The notes under the pieces were generated by a model that saw only the letters and a program-made list of their open reading frames with translations, searched no databases and was not told where the DNA came from. A stretch of 64,000 nt of DNA from an uncultured Candidatus Rokubacteria bacterium (lineage in GTDB: Bacteria; Methylomirabilota; Methylomirabilia; Rokubacteriales; CSP1-6), in NCBI GenBank assembly GCA_963758635.1, contig CAVWWD010000008.1:800001-864000 (forward strand). Reading direction: 5' to 3'. How positions within the stretch are numbered: position 1 is the stretch's first letter; each line of letters opens with the position of its first letter. Of this stretch, positions 51,463 to 61,857 are shown in pieces. A program made the translations under genes and the position numbers.

Positions 51463-51720
51463 CTACTCGGCCATCTCGACGGTGGTGGCCACCTTCTTGC
51501 CGTCGCGCTCCTCGAAGGTCACCTTGACCTTCGAGCCTTCCTTGATCGACTCCGCGGGGATGCCCTCGGCGAGATAGATCTGCGTGCCGTCGTCGAGCGT
51601 GAACGACCGCTCGGTGACGTTGACGCTCTGGACCTTTCCGGCAACGTCCTCCGCCCACCCGATGCCGAAGGACAGCGCGAGCGATGCGGCCACGATCACG
51701 GCAATGATCGACCTGGTCAT
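51463..51720 (-). CDS. Small secreted OB-fold protein (DUF1344-like)
   Basis: Signal peptide, GKVQSV..FTLDDGT..IKEGSKVKVTFEERDGK. Confidence 0.78.
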   Translation of the reverse strand: MTRSIIAVIVAASLALSFGIGWAEDVAGKVQSVNVTERSFTLDDGTQIYLAEGIPAESIKEGSKVKVTFEERDGKKVATTVEMAE

Positions 51721-51769
51721 TGTGGATTCCTTCGCTGACTGCGGGTTGTAGGTTCGACGAGGCTCGTGG

Positions 51770-52069
51770 CTACGCGGTGGAGGGGCGGCCGTCGGAGGGG
51801 GGCGCGCGGATCGATACCGCGGCGACGCGGGACGTGAGCCGCGGCGCCGTCTCCTCCGGCGATCGATGCGATACGGCTCGAGGCGGAGGCAGCAGACCGC
51901 CGAGCGCCTCGACGATCGCGGGCTGCGAGGTCGCGGAGACGGCGGCGTCGTGTCCGTCGGCGTCGTGGAGCCCGAACAGGCAGAGCGAGTCTGGCAGGAA
52001 CGTGCTCGCGGACAACGTCGACGCGAGCAGGCACGTCACGAACAGCAGGACCGCGGCCGCTCTGTCCAT
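51770..52069 (-). CDS. Hypothetical small membrane/secreted protein
   Basis: Hydrophobic N-terminus, HDAD, C-terminal RAPP. Confidence 0.45.
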   Translation of the reverse strand: MDRAAAVLLFVTCLLASTLSASTFLPDSLCLFGLHDADGHDAAVSATSQPAIVEALGGLLPPPRAVSHRSPEETAPRLTSRVAAVSIRAPPSDGRPSTA

Positions 52070-52169
52070 CAGGAGTCAGCGTAGGAGCGGGTCCGCCTTG
52101 CGTCAAGACGTATCGGCTCCGATACGGCGTACGCCAGCCGCACACAGTAAGGACATGTCGCGCGGCGGG

Positions 52170-53556
52170 TCAGCGGCGCTCGAGGCGCATGCGGATGCCC
52201 GACCGGGGCCGGAGCGTGATGGACGCCAGCGGTTCCACGCGCTGGCCGGGCTCGAGCACGAGGCGGAACCGCCGCGCGATCGCCGCGAGGATCAGCACCG
52301 CCTCCATCGTGGCGAAGGAGTTGCCGATGCACTGGCGCGGCCCGCCGCCGAACGGGAAGTAGGCGAAGCGAGGGAGGCGGCGGGCGAGATCGCCGGCCCA
52401 GCGCTCGGGACGGAACGCTCGGGCTCGTCGAACCAGCGCGGATCGCGGTGGACCACCCACGTGGGCGCGATCACAACGTCGCCCGGCGCCAGTGGGAGCC
52501 GGCGGCCTCCGTCGGCCTCGCCGCCTGGCGCGCGAGCGCGTAGGCGGCCGGGTAGAGCCGCATGGACTCCGTCATGACCATGTCGGTGTAGCGGAGCGCG
52601 GGCAGGTCGGTCACCGTGGGCGCGCGGTCGCCGAGCACCGCGCGCAGCTCGTCGCCGAGCCGCGCCTCCACCTCCGGGTGCTGGGCGAGCAGGTACCACG
52701 TCCACGAGAGCGCCACGGCCGTCGTCTCGTGGCCGGCCAGGAACAGCGTCATCACCTCGTCGCGCACCTGCTGGTCCGTCATGCGGCTGCCGTCGTCGGC
52801 GTCCTGGGCGGCGAGGAGGATCGAGAGGAGGTCGCCGCGATCCCCGGGGCTCCGCCGGCGGTCGGCGATCATGCGGTAGACGACCTCGTCGAGGCGGCGG
52901 ATGGCGCGGCGAAGGCGCAGGTTGGCCGGGAGCGGCAGCCACATGGGAAGCAACTGGAGCAGGCTCCCCAGCCGCTCGGCGAAGAACTCGGTCACCACGC
53001 GCGAGGCGTCGACCACGTCGTGGGACGCGCCGGACACGTCGGCGTCGAAGAGGGTCTTGGCGACGATGGCCTGCGTCACCGTCATCATCTCGGCGTGCAC
53101 GTCCACGACCGCGGCGTCCTTCCAGCCGTCGGCCTGGCGCGTGGCATGGTCCGCCATGACCTCGCCGTAGGCCGCGATGCGCTGGCGATGGAAGGCCGGC
53201 TGAACGAGGCGCCGCTGGCGGAGCCAGAGGTCGCCTTCGGAGAGGAGGAGGCCGTCGCCGAGGAGGCCGCGGAGCATGCGCACGCTGCGGCTCTTCACGA
53301 AGTCGCGGCTCCTCGCCACGAAGGCGTCCTCGATCGCGTCGGGATGGTAGATGAGGACGCCGCGGACCGGTCCCAGGCGCACCGGGACAACGTCGCCGTG
53401 CTCCCGGGCGCACCGGGTGTAGAAGCCGAGCTGGTCGCGGTGGACGTCGGGCAGACTGCCCAGAAGCCAGTGGCCCTTCGGACCTCGTGGCGGGCTCGAC
53501 GATCGGGGGGAAACGCCCACGCTCGCCGGCGCATCTCCGGGCGGTATCGTCGGCAT
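52170..53556 (-). CDS. Cytochrome P450 (frameshifts near 52495 and 52420)
   Basis: [30 protein letters not shown]. Confidence 0.92.
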
Positions 53557-53576
53557 CCACGGTCTCCTTGTCAGAG

Positions 53577-53643
53577 CGGTGTTGCGCGAGGGTCTGACCC
53601 CGGTGTTGCGCGGTGTTGCGCGAGGGTCTGACCCCCGCGCAAC
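53577..53643. repeat. Duplicated REP-like palindrome CGGTGTTGCGCGAGGGTCTGACCCC
   Basis: Two 25-bp direct copies plus a partial; last copy closes a hairpin GTTGCGCG..CGCGCAAC. Confidence 0.8.
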
Positions 53644-53714
53644 GCCGGGGCGAGACGGCACGGGCGCCGAGTCGGCCTCGACGCCCGTGATTGGCGTGCG
53701 GCGCGGGCGCGCTG

Positions 53715-53891
53715 CTACTTGTCCTTGATCGCCGCCTTCACCTTCGCCGCAACGTCGGGCGGAATGGACGTCATGTTGTGAGCGGTCCGGGCGTGCTCGG
53801 CGCCCTTGGCGATCACCTCGGCCTCGTCCTTCCCTTCGATCACCATGTTGCAGCCGGGCATCAGATCACCGCACTTGAGCACCTTCGGCAT
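53715..53891 (-). CDS. DUF1059 small metal-binding protein (58 aa)
   Basis: Manual translation MPKVLKCGDLMPGCNMVIEGKDEAEVIAKGAEHARTAHNM..KAAIKDK; RBS GAGGAG. Confidence 0.88.
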   Translation of the reverse strand: MPKVLKCGDLMPGCNMVIEGKDEAEVIAKGAEHARTAHNMTSIPPDVAAKVKAAIKDK

Positions 53892-53990
53892 GACAAGCTC
53901 CTCTGGCTGGGGTGGGAAGTCGGTCGGCGTTGCTCGTTCAGGGTCGCCCCGGACGGGGACGCTGTCAAACGGTTGCCGGCAGGCGTCGCC

Positions 53991-55523
53991 TCACTCGAGA
54001 CGGTAGACCTCGACCTCGACCGACCTACCCTTCACGAGCAGCGCGGGCAGTGGCGCCGTGTCGAACTGGTCGGCGAGCCGCTGGTACGTGTCGCCGCTCA
54101 GGAGGACGTCCCCGCCCAGCTCCTTGGTGAGCCCCTGGATGCGCGAGGCCAGGTTCACGGGGTCGCCGATCAGGGCGTAGGCGAGCCGCTCGGAGCTGCC
54201 GATGTTGCCGGCGAGCACCCGCCCGGTGTGGATGCCGATGCCGTGGCGGAGGGCCGCCTTGCCCGCGCGCTCCCGCTCGACGTTCCACACGGCGAGCCGC
54301 CGCCGCATCTCGAGGGCGGCCCGCACCGCCATGGTCGGATGATCCGCGCGCGCGACCGGCGCGCCGAACACCGCCTCGATCCCGTCGCCGATGAACTGGA
54401 CGACCAGCCCGTGGTGCTCGCGGATGGCGCCTTCCATCTCGGTGAAGTACGTGTTGAGGTCGTGGACGATATGCTGCGGCGCGGTCCGTTCCACCCACGG
54501 CGTGAAGTCGCGAAGGTCCGAGAAGAGGATGGTCACGTCCTGGGCCTGGCCTTCCAGGGAGACCCGGCCGGAGAGGATCTCGTCGCGGATCTCCGGGCTC
54601 ACGTACTTGCCGAACGTCTCGCGGAGCATCTCGCGTTCCCTGAGGCCCGCGACCATGCGGTTGAAGCCCTCGGCGGCGGCCCCGATCTCGTCGTTGGTGA
54701 CGACCGGACACCGCGTGTCGAGAAGCCCGCGCTCGACCCGGCGCATGGCGCTCTGGACCTCGCCCAGCGGCGTGGCCACGCTGGCCGCCACGAACACGGC
54801 GAGCGCGATCGACACGACGACGCCGACCAGCGCGATGAACACGATCGACACGAGCAGGCTGCCCACGACCCGGGCCGCGGCCTCCGGCTCCATGCCAGGG
54901 AGCGACGCCGCCCGCTGGTAGGCCATGACCCCGAGAACGGACAGCGGCACCGCGCCGACGAGGAGGAACATCACGAGGAGCCGCGTGCGCACGCGGAGCC
55001 GGAACACACGCGGCACCGCGCTCAGGTCGCCCTCCGGGAAGTAGCGGGCGATGTCCTTCCGCCAGAGGTACTCGGTGACGAAGAACGTGAACGCGGTGGT
55101 CGCGATCCCGGCCACGAACGTGTTGCCGAAGGTGAACCGGAGCGCGCGCTCGATCGTGAAGGTGCCGAGCCACGCGGGCCGGAGCCAGCCGAAGATGAGG
55201 CTCGCGAGGGCCCAGCCGCAGAACGTGATGCCGGCGAGCGCGTACGGGAAGAGAAGCGCGCGGCGCCGCGTCTCGGCGGTGAGGGGCGCCACGCCGCCGG
55301 CCGGCTCGAGCGCCCGCCACCACCGGCGGACCCAACCGAGGACGATGACCATGAGCACGCCGAACCCGACGACGAAGAAGGTCAGGGAGGTGCGCCAGTG
55401 GCCGCCGGGCAGGGGCGGCGTCCGGAAGTCGACGAACGTGAAGTAGGTGAACGAGACGAGGGCGCCGATCAGGTTGGCCGGCAGCAGGACCGCGACGTGA
55501 CGTCCGATCGTCCCCTGTGCCAT
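53991..55523 (-). CDS. Membrane class III adenylate/guanylate cyclase with HAMP domain
   Basis: TM helices, NDEIG..FNRM, FGKYV, LFSDLRDFT, FIGDG, GIGIHTG, IGDPVNLASR. Confidence 0.92.
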   Translation of the reverse strand: MAQGTIGRHVAVLLPANLIGALVSFTYFTFVDFRTPPLPGGHWRTSLTFFVVGFGVLMVIVLGWVRRWWRALEPAGGVAPLTAETRRRALLFPYALAGITFCGWALASLIFGWLRPAWLGTFTIERALRFTFGNTFVAGIATTAFTFFVTEYLWRKDIARYFPEGDLSAVPRVFRLRVRTRLLVMFLLVGAVPLSVLGVMAYQRAASLPGMEPEAAARVVGSLLVSIVFIALVGVVVSIALAVFVAASVATPLGEVQSAMRRVERGLLDTRCPVVTNDEIGAAAEGFNRMVAGLREREMLRETFGKYVSPEIRDEILSGRVSLEGQAQDVTILFSDLRDFTPWVERTAPQHIVHDLNTYFTEMEGAIREHHGLVVQFIGDGIEAVFGAPVARADHPTMAVRAALEMRRRLAVWNVERERAGKAALRHGIGIHTGRVLAGNIGSSERLAYALIGDPVNLASRIQGLTKELGGDVLLSGDTYQRLADQFDTAPLPALLVKGRSVEVEVYRLE

Positions 55524-55570
55524 CGGCTCTCCTGCCGGAGTGTACCGGAGGCGCCCCGCGTGGCCGAGCG

Positions 55571-57284
55571 TCAGATGGGACCGAGGTCTCGCTCGGCCTC
55601 GGCGAGCAGGCCGTCGAAGGCCGTGGGCAGGGCGATGACGCGTCCGACCACGCCGGGGCTGTAGCCCTGGAGCCAGTAGCTGTTGGTCGGATGCCCGCCG
55701 CCCGCCACGATCAGCACGATGTTGTCCGCGGCGGCCGTGATCGGCCACGGGTCGAGCGCGATGCTCTCGCGCGTGACCTTGCTGGCGTCGATCTCGATCC
55801 ACGCCGGGCATCCGGCGCGGCGGAGCTCCGCGAGGGGAATCCGCGAGTGCTCCCACAGGAACTCCCGGATCGACCGCGGGGTCCAGCCGAGCCCGGCCAT
55901 GGTCTGCGCGACCACCCCGGGGATCATCAGGATGCCGGGCGTGCCGCGCTCGTAGCCCGCGAGACCGGGCATGTTGGGCACCCGCATGAAGTCGGCCATG
56001 CGGTGCATGCCCTGGAGCGCGTCCTCCTCGGGGGTTTCCTTCTTGGCGCCGCGCCGCCGGATGTTGGTGGCGCCGTTGGCGAAGGCGAGCGAGACGGAGC
56101 TCGTGCCCGCGGGGAAGCCGTGGCGCTGCGTGGCGTGGGGCGCCCAGCCCGGCGGCAGGCTCGCCTCGTCCTCGGCGAAGACCACGTTGGTGGCGCGGAG
56201 GCCGCCGTAGTTCGCCATCGTGCCGATGCCCGGGAGCGCGCCGCCCACGTTCTGCTGGAGCAGGCGCAGGGCGCGGCCGATGCTCGCGCCGGCGGGACGC
56301 TCGGGGTCGGGGCCGAGGCAGCCGAAGCCCGCGTTGAGCCGGATGCGCGCGCCGATGGGGCCGTTCACGATGACCACGGGGAACGCGCTGCCCGAGGCGG
56401 CCTGGAGCTGCTCGCTGCCCGGACTCCGGGTCGAGGAACGCCTCCACGGCGGCGACGAGCACGGGCAGGTACTCCGGCCGGCCGCCCGCCATGGCGAGCG
56501 CGATCGCGCACGTCTCCACGGTGGTCACGCCGCCGCGAGGCGGGAAGGCGCCGAGGACGCGGTCGCGCGCGCCGGCCGCGCCCCGGAGGATCCAGTCCAC
56601 GCGCTCGGGCGTGGGCGGCCAGAGGGGCAGGCCGTCCCCCCAGCGGCTGGCGAGCATGCGATGGTTCGCGCGGGCCATCGCGTCCTCGAACGTCCGGCCC
56701 TCCACGGTGATCAGCGGCGACGGCCCTCCGGCGGACCGGGCGAGCGCGGAGCTCCACTCGGTGAGCCCCGCGTAGAACTCGCGCTTGCGCGTCTCGACCG
56801 GGCCGATGTCGCTGCCGGGCAGGAACATGTCGATGGGGAACGTGACCATGGCCGCGTCCGGCGCCAGCCCGAGGCCGGCGACGGCGTTCTGCATGACGCC
56901 GACGAAGTCCGTCCGGGTCAGCGTGACGGTGGGAATCCCGAGGGTCTCGAGCCTGGCGGCCGCCCGGCCGCACGCGGTGGCGCAGGACCCTCAGGCCGCG
57001 TTGCCGATGATGACGGCGTCGACCTCGCGCCGCTTCACCAGCTCCGCCGTCTCCTCCGATCCGATCACCGCGTTGCCCTGCGGGAACGTGTCGATCGGGA
57101 GCACCTCGATGCCGGGGAAGTCCGCCTCGAGGAGCGCCTTGAGCCGGGGCAGCATCCGGTAGGCCTGCCACTGCTCGTTGCTGACGAAGCCGATGCGCTT
57201 GCCCGCCAGCGTGGCGAGGCGCGGCGCGAACGGCTGCTTCACCTCGATGGCCCCGGACGGGTCGTGGAAGGACAGCGTGACCAT
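55571..57284 (-). CDS. UGSC-family selenoprotein fused to its companion domain (Sec at TGA 56991-56993; frameshift near 56420)
   Basis: GNAA-TGA-GSCATAC continues in frame into LETLGIPTV and WGDGLPLWPPTPERV, MAGG.PEYLPV, IVNGP..GASIGRALRL. Confidence 0.88.
56952..56990 (-). promoter_or_regulatory. Putative bacterial SECIS hairpin
   Basis: 3' of UGA: CCUG..GCGGCC-GGGC-GGCCGC-CAGG with G-led apical loop. Confidence 0.65.
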
Positions 57285-57359
57285 GGGCTCCTCCTCGCGC
57301 CGCGACCTCTCGGGGCGGCGCGCGTCATGACCGTGGCAGCGGGCGTGCCCGCGGGATCC

Positions 57360-58274
57360 TCAGCCGATCAGCGCGCCGCGTGTCTTCGTGGGCAGGCGGT
57401 AGACGCTGGTGCGCGCGGTGAGGAAGAGCGCGCTGCCGTCCTCGCCCCACGCGAGATTGGCGGGCAGCTCGGGCAGCACGATCCGCCCGAGGAACGTGCC
57501 GTTGGCGCGGCAGACCCACACCCCGCCCGGTCCCGTGCAGAACACGTTGCCCTGCCGGTCCACCTTGAGCCCGTCGGGCACGCCCGGATCGTCGGAGGCC
57601 ATGTCGAGCAGGACGCGGCTGTCCGTGAGCGTGCCGTCGGGCCGGACGGTGAACGCCCGGATGTGCTTGGCCGCCGAGTCGTCGATGTAGAGCGCGGACT
57701 CGTCGGGCGAGAACGCGAGCCCGTTGGGCAGCGCGAAGTCGTCGACCAGGAGCTGGATGCCGCCGTCGGGCGCGATCCGGTACACGCCGTGGCAGCCCTG
57801 CTCCTTGCCGGCGATGGGCTTCTTCCACCACTCGGGCGGGCGCGCCACGCCGGGCGTGCTCGGCTGCACCGCGTAGGGCGGATCGGTGAAGTAGACCGAG
57901 CCGTCGGACTTCACCACGATGTCGTTCGGGCTGTTGAGGCGCTTGCCCTCGAAGCGCTCGGCGAGCACGGTGCGCGAGCCGTCGTCGGCCACACGGCTCA
58001 CGCGACGGCCGTCGTGCTCGGCGGCCAGCACGCGGCCCTGCCGGTCGAGGGTGAGGCCGTTGGACATGCCCACCGCGTACGTCGTCAGCTCGGGGCCTTC
58101 GGCGAGGCGGCGCCAGCGGGCGATCCGCTTGTTCGGGATGTCGCTGAAGAAGAGCGCCCCGCCGCGCCAGACCGGCCCCTCGGTGAACGTGAGACCGCCC
58201 GCGACGCGCTCGACCACGGCATCTGGGGCAACCAGGTCGTGCAGGCCGGCATCACGCGTCTCGAGCAGCGTCAT
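57360..58274 (-). CDS. SMP-30/gluconolactonase family protein
   Basis: FTEGPVW, FSDIP, SNGL, NSPND, FTDP.Y, PNGLAFSPD, PDGLKVD. Confidence 0.93.
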   Translation of the reverse strand: MTLLETRDAGLHDLVAPDAVVERVAGGLTFTEGPVWRGGALFFSDIPNKRIARWRRLAEGPELTTYAVGMSNGLTLDRQGRVLAAEHDGRRVSRVADDGSRTVLAERFEGKRLNSPNDIVVKSDGSVYFTDPPYAVQPSTPGVARPPEWWKKPIAGKEQGCHGVYRIAPDGGIQLLVDDFALPNGLAFSPDESALYIDDSAAKHIRAFTVRPDGTLTDSRVLLDMASDDPGVPDGLKVDRQGNVFCTGPGGVWVCRANGTFLGRIVLPELPANLAWGEDGSALFLTARTSVYRLPTKTRGALIG

Positions 58275-58479
58275 CGGGCTCGTCCTCCATGTGGGTCGGT
58301 CGGTCGTACCGGGCATGCGACGTGGCGCGGCATGACCAGCAGGCTACGCTCCCCTCGCGACCCTCCGCAACTGTCACCACGTGCGGGCGCCGGGCTTCGC
58401 CCGCCCGCACCCTGCGCCCACGTCCCTCCGAGCTTGGGGTCAGGCACTTGCGTTGCGCGGGGCCGGACGACGGGCGGGG

Positions 58480-59361
58480 TCAGGCGACGCGGGCCTTGCG
58501 GCGCGAGGCGGCAGCGCGGGGCTTCGCGCGGGAGGCGCTGCGGCTCGCGCGCCGGCCGTCGGATGCCGCGCGGGCGGACGCCGCCCTGGGGCCGGCCAGG
58601 CTCTGACGGAGGCGCTCCATCAGATCCACGACCTTGTCCTGGCGGGCGTCGGTCTTCTCACCTTTCAGGCGGGGCTCGGCCCCCTTGAGCTTGGCGCGGA
58701 TCACGCGCATCACGTTCGCCTGGTACTCGTCGGTGTACTTGTCCGGTGTCCAGCGGGCGCTGAGCTGCGCGATGAGCGACTTCGCCATCTCGATCTCCCG
58801 CGACTTGCCCGTCGCCGCGGGCGGGAAGCTGAACTCGTCCAGGTCGGCCAGCTCGTCGGAGAAGCGCATCAGGGTGACGACCAGCGCGTCGCCGATGGCC
58901 TCGAGCGCGGCGAGGTGCTGCACCTCCCGGAGCATGATCTTGCCCACCCCGGTCTTGCCCGAGTCGCGGAGCGCGTCGCGCAGCACCGCGTAGGCCCGGT
59001 CGCCGCCCTTGCCGGGCACCGCGTAGTAGGGGGTCTCGAAGAAGCGGTCGTCGATCTCCTCGGCCGACACGAAGTCCAGGATGTCGAGCGAGCTGGTCTT
59101 CTGGAGCGCGGCGGCCTCGAGCTCCTCACGGGTCAGCACGACGAACTCGCCCTTGGCGTGCTCGTATCCCTTCACGATCTCCGCCCACGGCACCGGCCGG
59201 TCCTCCTTCTCGCACACGCGCTCGAACCGGACCGGCGACCTGTCCTTGCCGTGCAGCATCCGGAAGCGCGGCCGCGTGTCCCGGAGCGCCCGGTGCAGCT
59301 GGATGGGAATCGTGACGAGGCCGAACGCGATCGATCCTGTCCAGAGCGGTCTGCTTGCCAT
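58480..59361 (-). CDS. ku: NHEJ Ku protein
   Basis: WTGSIAFGLVTIP, EIVKGYE, FETPYY, YTDEY, VVDLMERLRQSL, basic tail. Confidence 0.95.
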   Translation of the reverse strand: MASRPLWTGSIAFGLVTIPIQLHRALRDTRPRFRMLHGKDRSPVRFERVCEKEDRPVPWAEIVKGYEHAKGEFVVLTREELEAAALQKTSSLDILDFVSAEEIDDRFFETPYYAVPGKGGDRAYAVLRDALRDSGKTGVGKIMLREVQHLAALEAIGDALVVTLMRFSDELADLDEFSFPPAATGKSREIEMAKSLIAQLSARWTPDKYTDEYQANVMRVIRAKLKGAEPRLKGEKTDARQDKVVDLMERLRQSLAGPRAASARAASDGRRASRSASRAKPRAAASRRKARVA

Positions 59362-59529
59362 GCCGGCCTCCGTGTCGAGGTCGTTCTGGATACCGACGCC
59401 TCAACGAGGCAAGATCCGTGCCGCCCGCTGGCGCAATGCGACTGCTGCCCGCAGCGGCCGGGGAGGCGGTGAGAGCAATCTCGACCCGGAAGGATCGACC
59501 GGGAGGATCCGGGTGGGGCGATCGGACGG

Positions 59530-59724
59530 CTACCGGAGCTCTGACGCCGGGATGACGCGGTAGCGGCCGGGATACCGCTCGAAGAGCTGGTTCATCTCCT
59601 GCGAGGTCATCTCGATGCGCTGGCCCGTGAGGGTGTCCTCGACCACCCACCGGCCCTGGAGCATCATGCCCGTGAGGTGCTGGTGCCACTGGGTGGTCAG
59701 GAGCTCGCGGGCCGGGCGCGTCAC
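59530..59724 (-). CDS. Hypothetical 64-aa protein
   Basis: GC3-rich codons, balanced composition, 10 nt downstream of CoA transferase stop. Confidence 0.55.
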   Translation of the reverse strand: MTRPARELLTTQWHQHLTGMMLQGRWVVEDTLTGQRIEMTSQEMNQLFERYPGRYRVIPASELR

Positions 59725-59734
59725 GCGGCGAGGC

Positions 59735-60928
59735 TCAGACGACGGTGTCGCGCCGGAGCCGCTCGATCTCCTCGGAGCCGTAGCCGGCCTCGCGGAGGAT
59801 CTCGTCGGTGTGCTCGCCGAGCGTGGGCGGCTCGCGGTCGATGCCGGGGCTGCCGTGGGCGAGACGGAACCCCGCCCCGACCAGGCGCATCGGCCCGTAG
59901 CGCGAGTCGATCGTCTGGAGCACGTCCCGATGCCCGAGCTGCGGGTGCTCGACGATCTCGTGGATCTTCCAGATGGAGCCGCACGGCACGTCGGCCGCGG
60001 TCAGCCGCTCCTCCCACGCCCGCGCGTCGTCGCCGGCCAGCGCTTCCTCGATGATCTCGCGTAGCGCCGGCTCGTTGGCCGTGCGCGCCGGCCAGTCCTT
60101 GAAGCGGGGGTCGCCGAGGACGTCGGGACGCCCGAGCGTCTTCATGAGGCTCACGAACTGCTTCTCGGTGAGCACGGCGAGGACGAGGTAGCCGTCGCGG
60201 ACCCGGTAGCGGTTGGCCGTGGGCTTCCTGCTCACCGAGCCGTTGCCGATCTGGCGCTGCTCGATGCCGGCGACGGTGTACTCGGACACGGGGCCGGGGA
60301 TGAAGGCCAGCGCGGCGTCGAGCATGGCCACGTCCACGAGCTGTCCCCGGCCGGTGTGCGTCCTCTGGAAGAGCGCGCTCGCCACCGCGAGCGCCGCGGT
60401 CATGCCGCCGATGGTGTCGCAGATGGCGAAGCCGGCGCGCGTCGGCCCGCGCTCGGGCTCGCCGGTGATCGACATGATGCCGGACATGGCCTGGAGCTTG
60501 CCGTCGAACGCCGCGGTGGTCCGCTCGGGACCCGTCATGCCGAACCCCGAGACGCCGCAGTAGATGAGCCGCGGGTTGATCGCGGACAGCGTCTCCCAGC
60601 CGAGGCCCAGCCGCTCCATGACGCCGCCGCGGAAGTTCTCCCACACCACGTCGGCGTTCGTGACCAGCCGCTTGACCACCTCGATCGCCTCGGGCTTGCG
60701 GAGGTCGAGCGTGATGCTCCGCTTGTTGGCGTTCACCGCCATGAAGGAGGGGGCCATCTTCCGGCTCGCCCAGGTGGCGTCGGCGAGCTGGCCCCGCGTC
60801 TCGTCGCCCTCGTGCGACTCGATCTTGACGACGTCGGCGCCGAGCAGCGCGAGCTGGTAGGTCCCGTAGGGGCCGGCGAGGTAGCGGGTGAAGTCGAGGA
60901 CGCGGACGCCGGCGAACGGCTTGCTCAT
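59735..60928 (-). CDS. CaiB/BaiF family III CoA transferase
   Basis: RVLDFTRYLAGPY, LGADVVKIE, NANKRSITLDL, ENFR, SGFG.TGP, PTLGEHT. Confidence 0.94.
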   Translation of the reverse strand: MSKPFAGVRVLDFTRYLAGPYGTYQLALLGADVVKIESHEGDETRGQLADATWASRKMAPSFMAVNANKRSITLDLRKPEAIEVVKRLVTNADVVWENFRGGVMERLGLGWETLSAINPRLIYCGVSGFGMTGPERTTAAFDGKLQAMSGIMSITGEPERGPTRAGFAICDTIGGMTAALAVASALFQRTHTGRGQLVDVAMLDAALAFIPGPVSEYTVAGIEQRQIGNGSVSRKPTANRYRVRDGYLVLAVLTEKQFVSLMKTLGRPDVLGDPRFKDWPARTANEPALREIIEEALAGDDARAWEERLTAADVPCGSIWKIHEIVEHPQLGHRDVLQTIDSRYGPMRLVGAGFRLAHGSPGIDREPPTLGEHTDEILREAGYGSEEIERLRRDTVV

Positions 60929-61857
60929 GCGCCCTCGCGCTTGGCGCGCGCCACGGTCTTGACCACGTCGAACTCCTTCCGCCGCTCGGTGATCACCTCG
61001 GGCGTCAGCTTGGAGAGGTCGTTGTAGTCGCGCTTCCACGAGGGATCGTCGCTCCAGCGGAGCGCGCTCTGCACCGTGGTGCGCGGGGCGGGGGCCGCCT
61101 CGAGCACCCGGAGCGCCAGCTCGAGGGTCTGCCGCTGGGACTCCACGTCGAACGGGCGCCCCGCCGAGTTCCCGAGGGGGAAGTCACTCCAGAGGAAGCT
61201 CGGGACCCCGCAGTGCTCCACGATGTCCTTGGCGCATCCCATGATCACGGTCGGGATGCCGTGGGCCTCGATGTGCCGGGCGACCAGACTCACGGTCTGG
61301 TGGCACACCGGTCAGCTCGGCACGAGCACGACGGCGTCGGCGCCGTCCTCCTGGCAGCGGCGCAGCAGCTCCGGCGCGTCGGTCTCCGTGGTCACGCGGA
61401 TGCTCCGGTTCGTCGGCGCGCCGTGCACGCGGGCCGTGAGGGCCCCGATGCGCCCTGCCGCCACCGCCTCCTTGAGGCGGGCGAGCGGGAGCCAGGTGTT
61501 GATGTCCTTGGCCGAGGTGTGGCGGCGGTCGTAGCCGACGTGGGAGATGCGGAGGTCGGGCTCGCTGGTGGAGGGAACCGAGTAGACCTGGTAGAACTTC
61601 GCGGCCGCGTTGTACGGTGCGCCCGGGCCCTGGTCGCCGACACCGTCCTGGAACGGCGCCGCAGTGGTGATGAGAGCCACCTTGGCCCGGGCCAGCGGCG
61701 TCGCGAGAGGCGTGAACGGGACGTCGGCGAGGTGCGCCCAGCGGTACGGATTGCTGTAGCCGAGCGCCACGTAGTAGTCGCGCGTCCGCTGCATGTAGGG
61801 GATCGGTCCGTCGTCCACGTCGATGGTCGCCACCGGCTTCTCTGCATCCGTCGTCAT
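60925..61857 (-). CDS. Glycine/sarcosine/betaine/D-proline reductase selenoprotein B-like protein (Sec at TGA 61312-61314)
   Basis: VALITTA, HVGYD, DINTWLPL.RL, DAVVLVPS-TGA-PVCHQTVSLVARHIEAHGIPTV, DFPLGN; both ORF halves in frame. Confidence 0.92.
61269..61311 (-). promoter_or_regulatory. Putative bacterial SECIS hairpin
   Basis: Directly 3' of UGA: GGUGUGCC-ACCAGAC-CGUGA-GUCUGGU-CGCCC-GGCACAUC. Confidence 0.75.

Noticed and set aside
53991..56894. 967-aa ORF suggesting a UGSC-adenylate cyclase fusion
   Set aside because: Result of the frameshift near 56420; the middle is off-frame, the UGSC gene ends at 55571 and the cyclase has its own -10/RBS and ATG at 55523.
58480..59361. Ku/Lhr as sign of a prophage or defence island
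   Set aside because: No phage, integrase or defence genes nearby; context is ordinary chromosomal metabolism.
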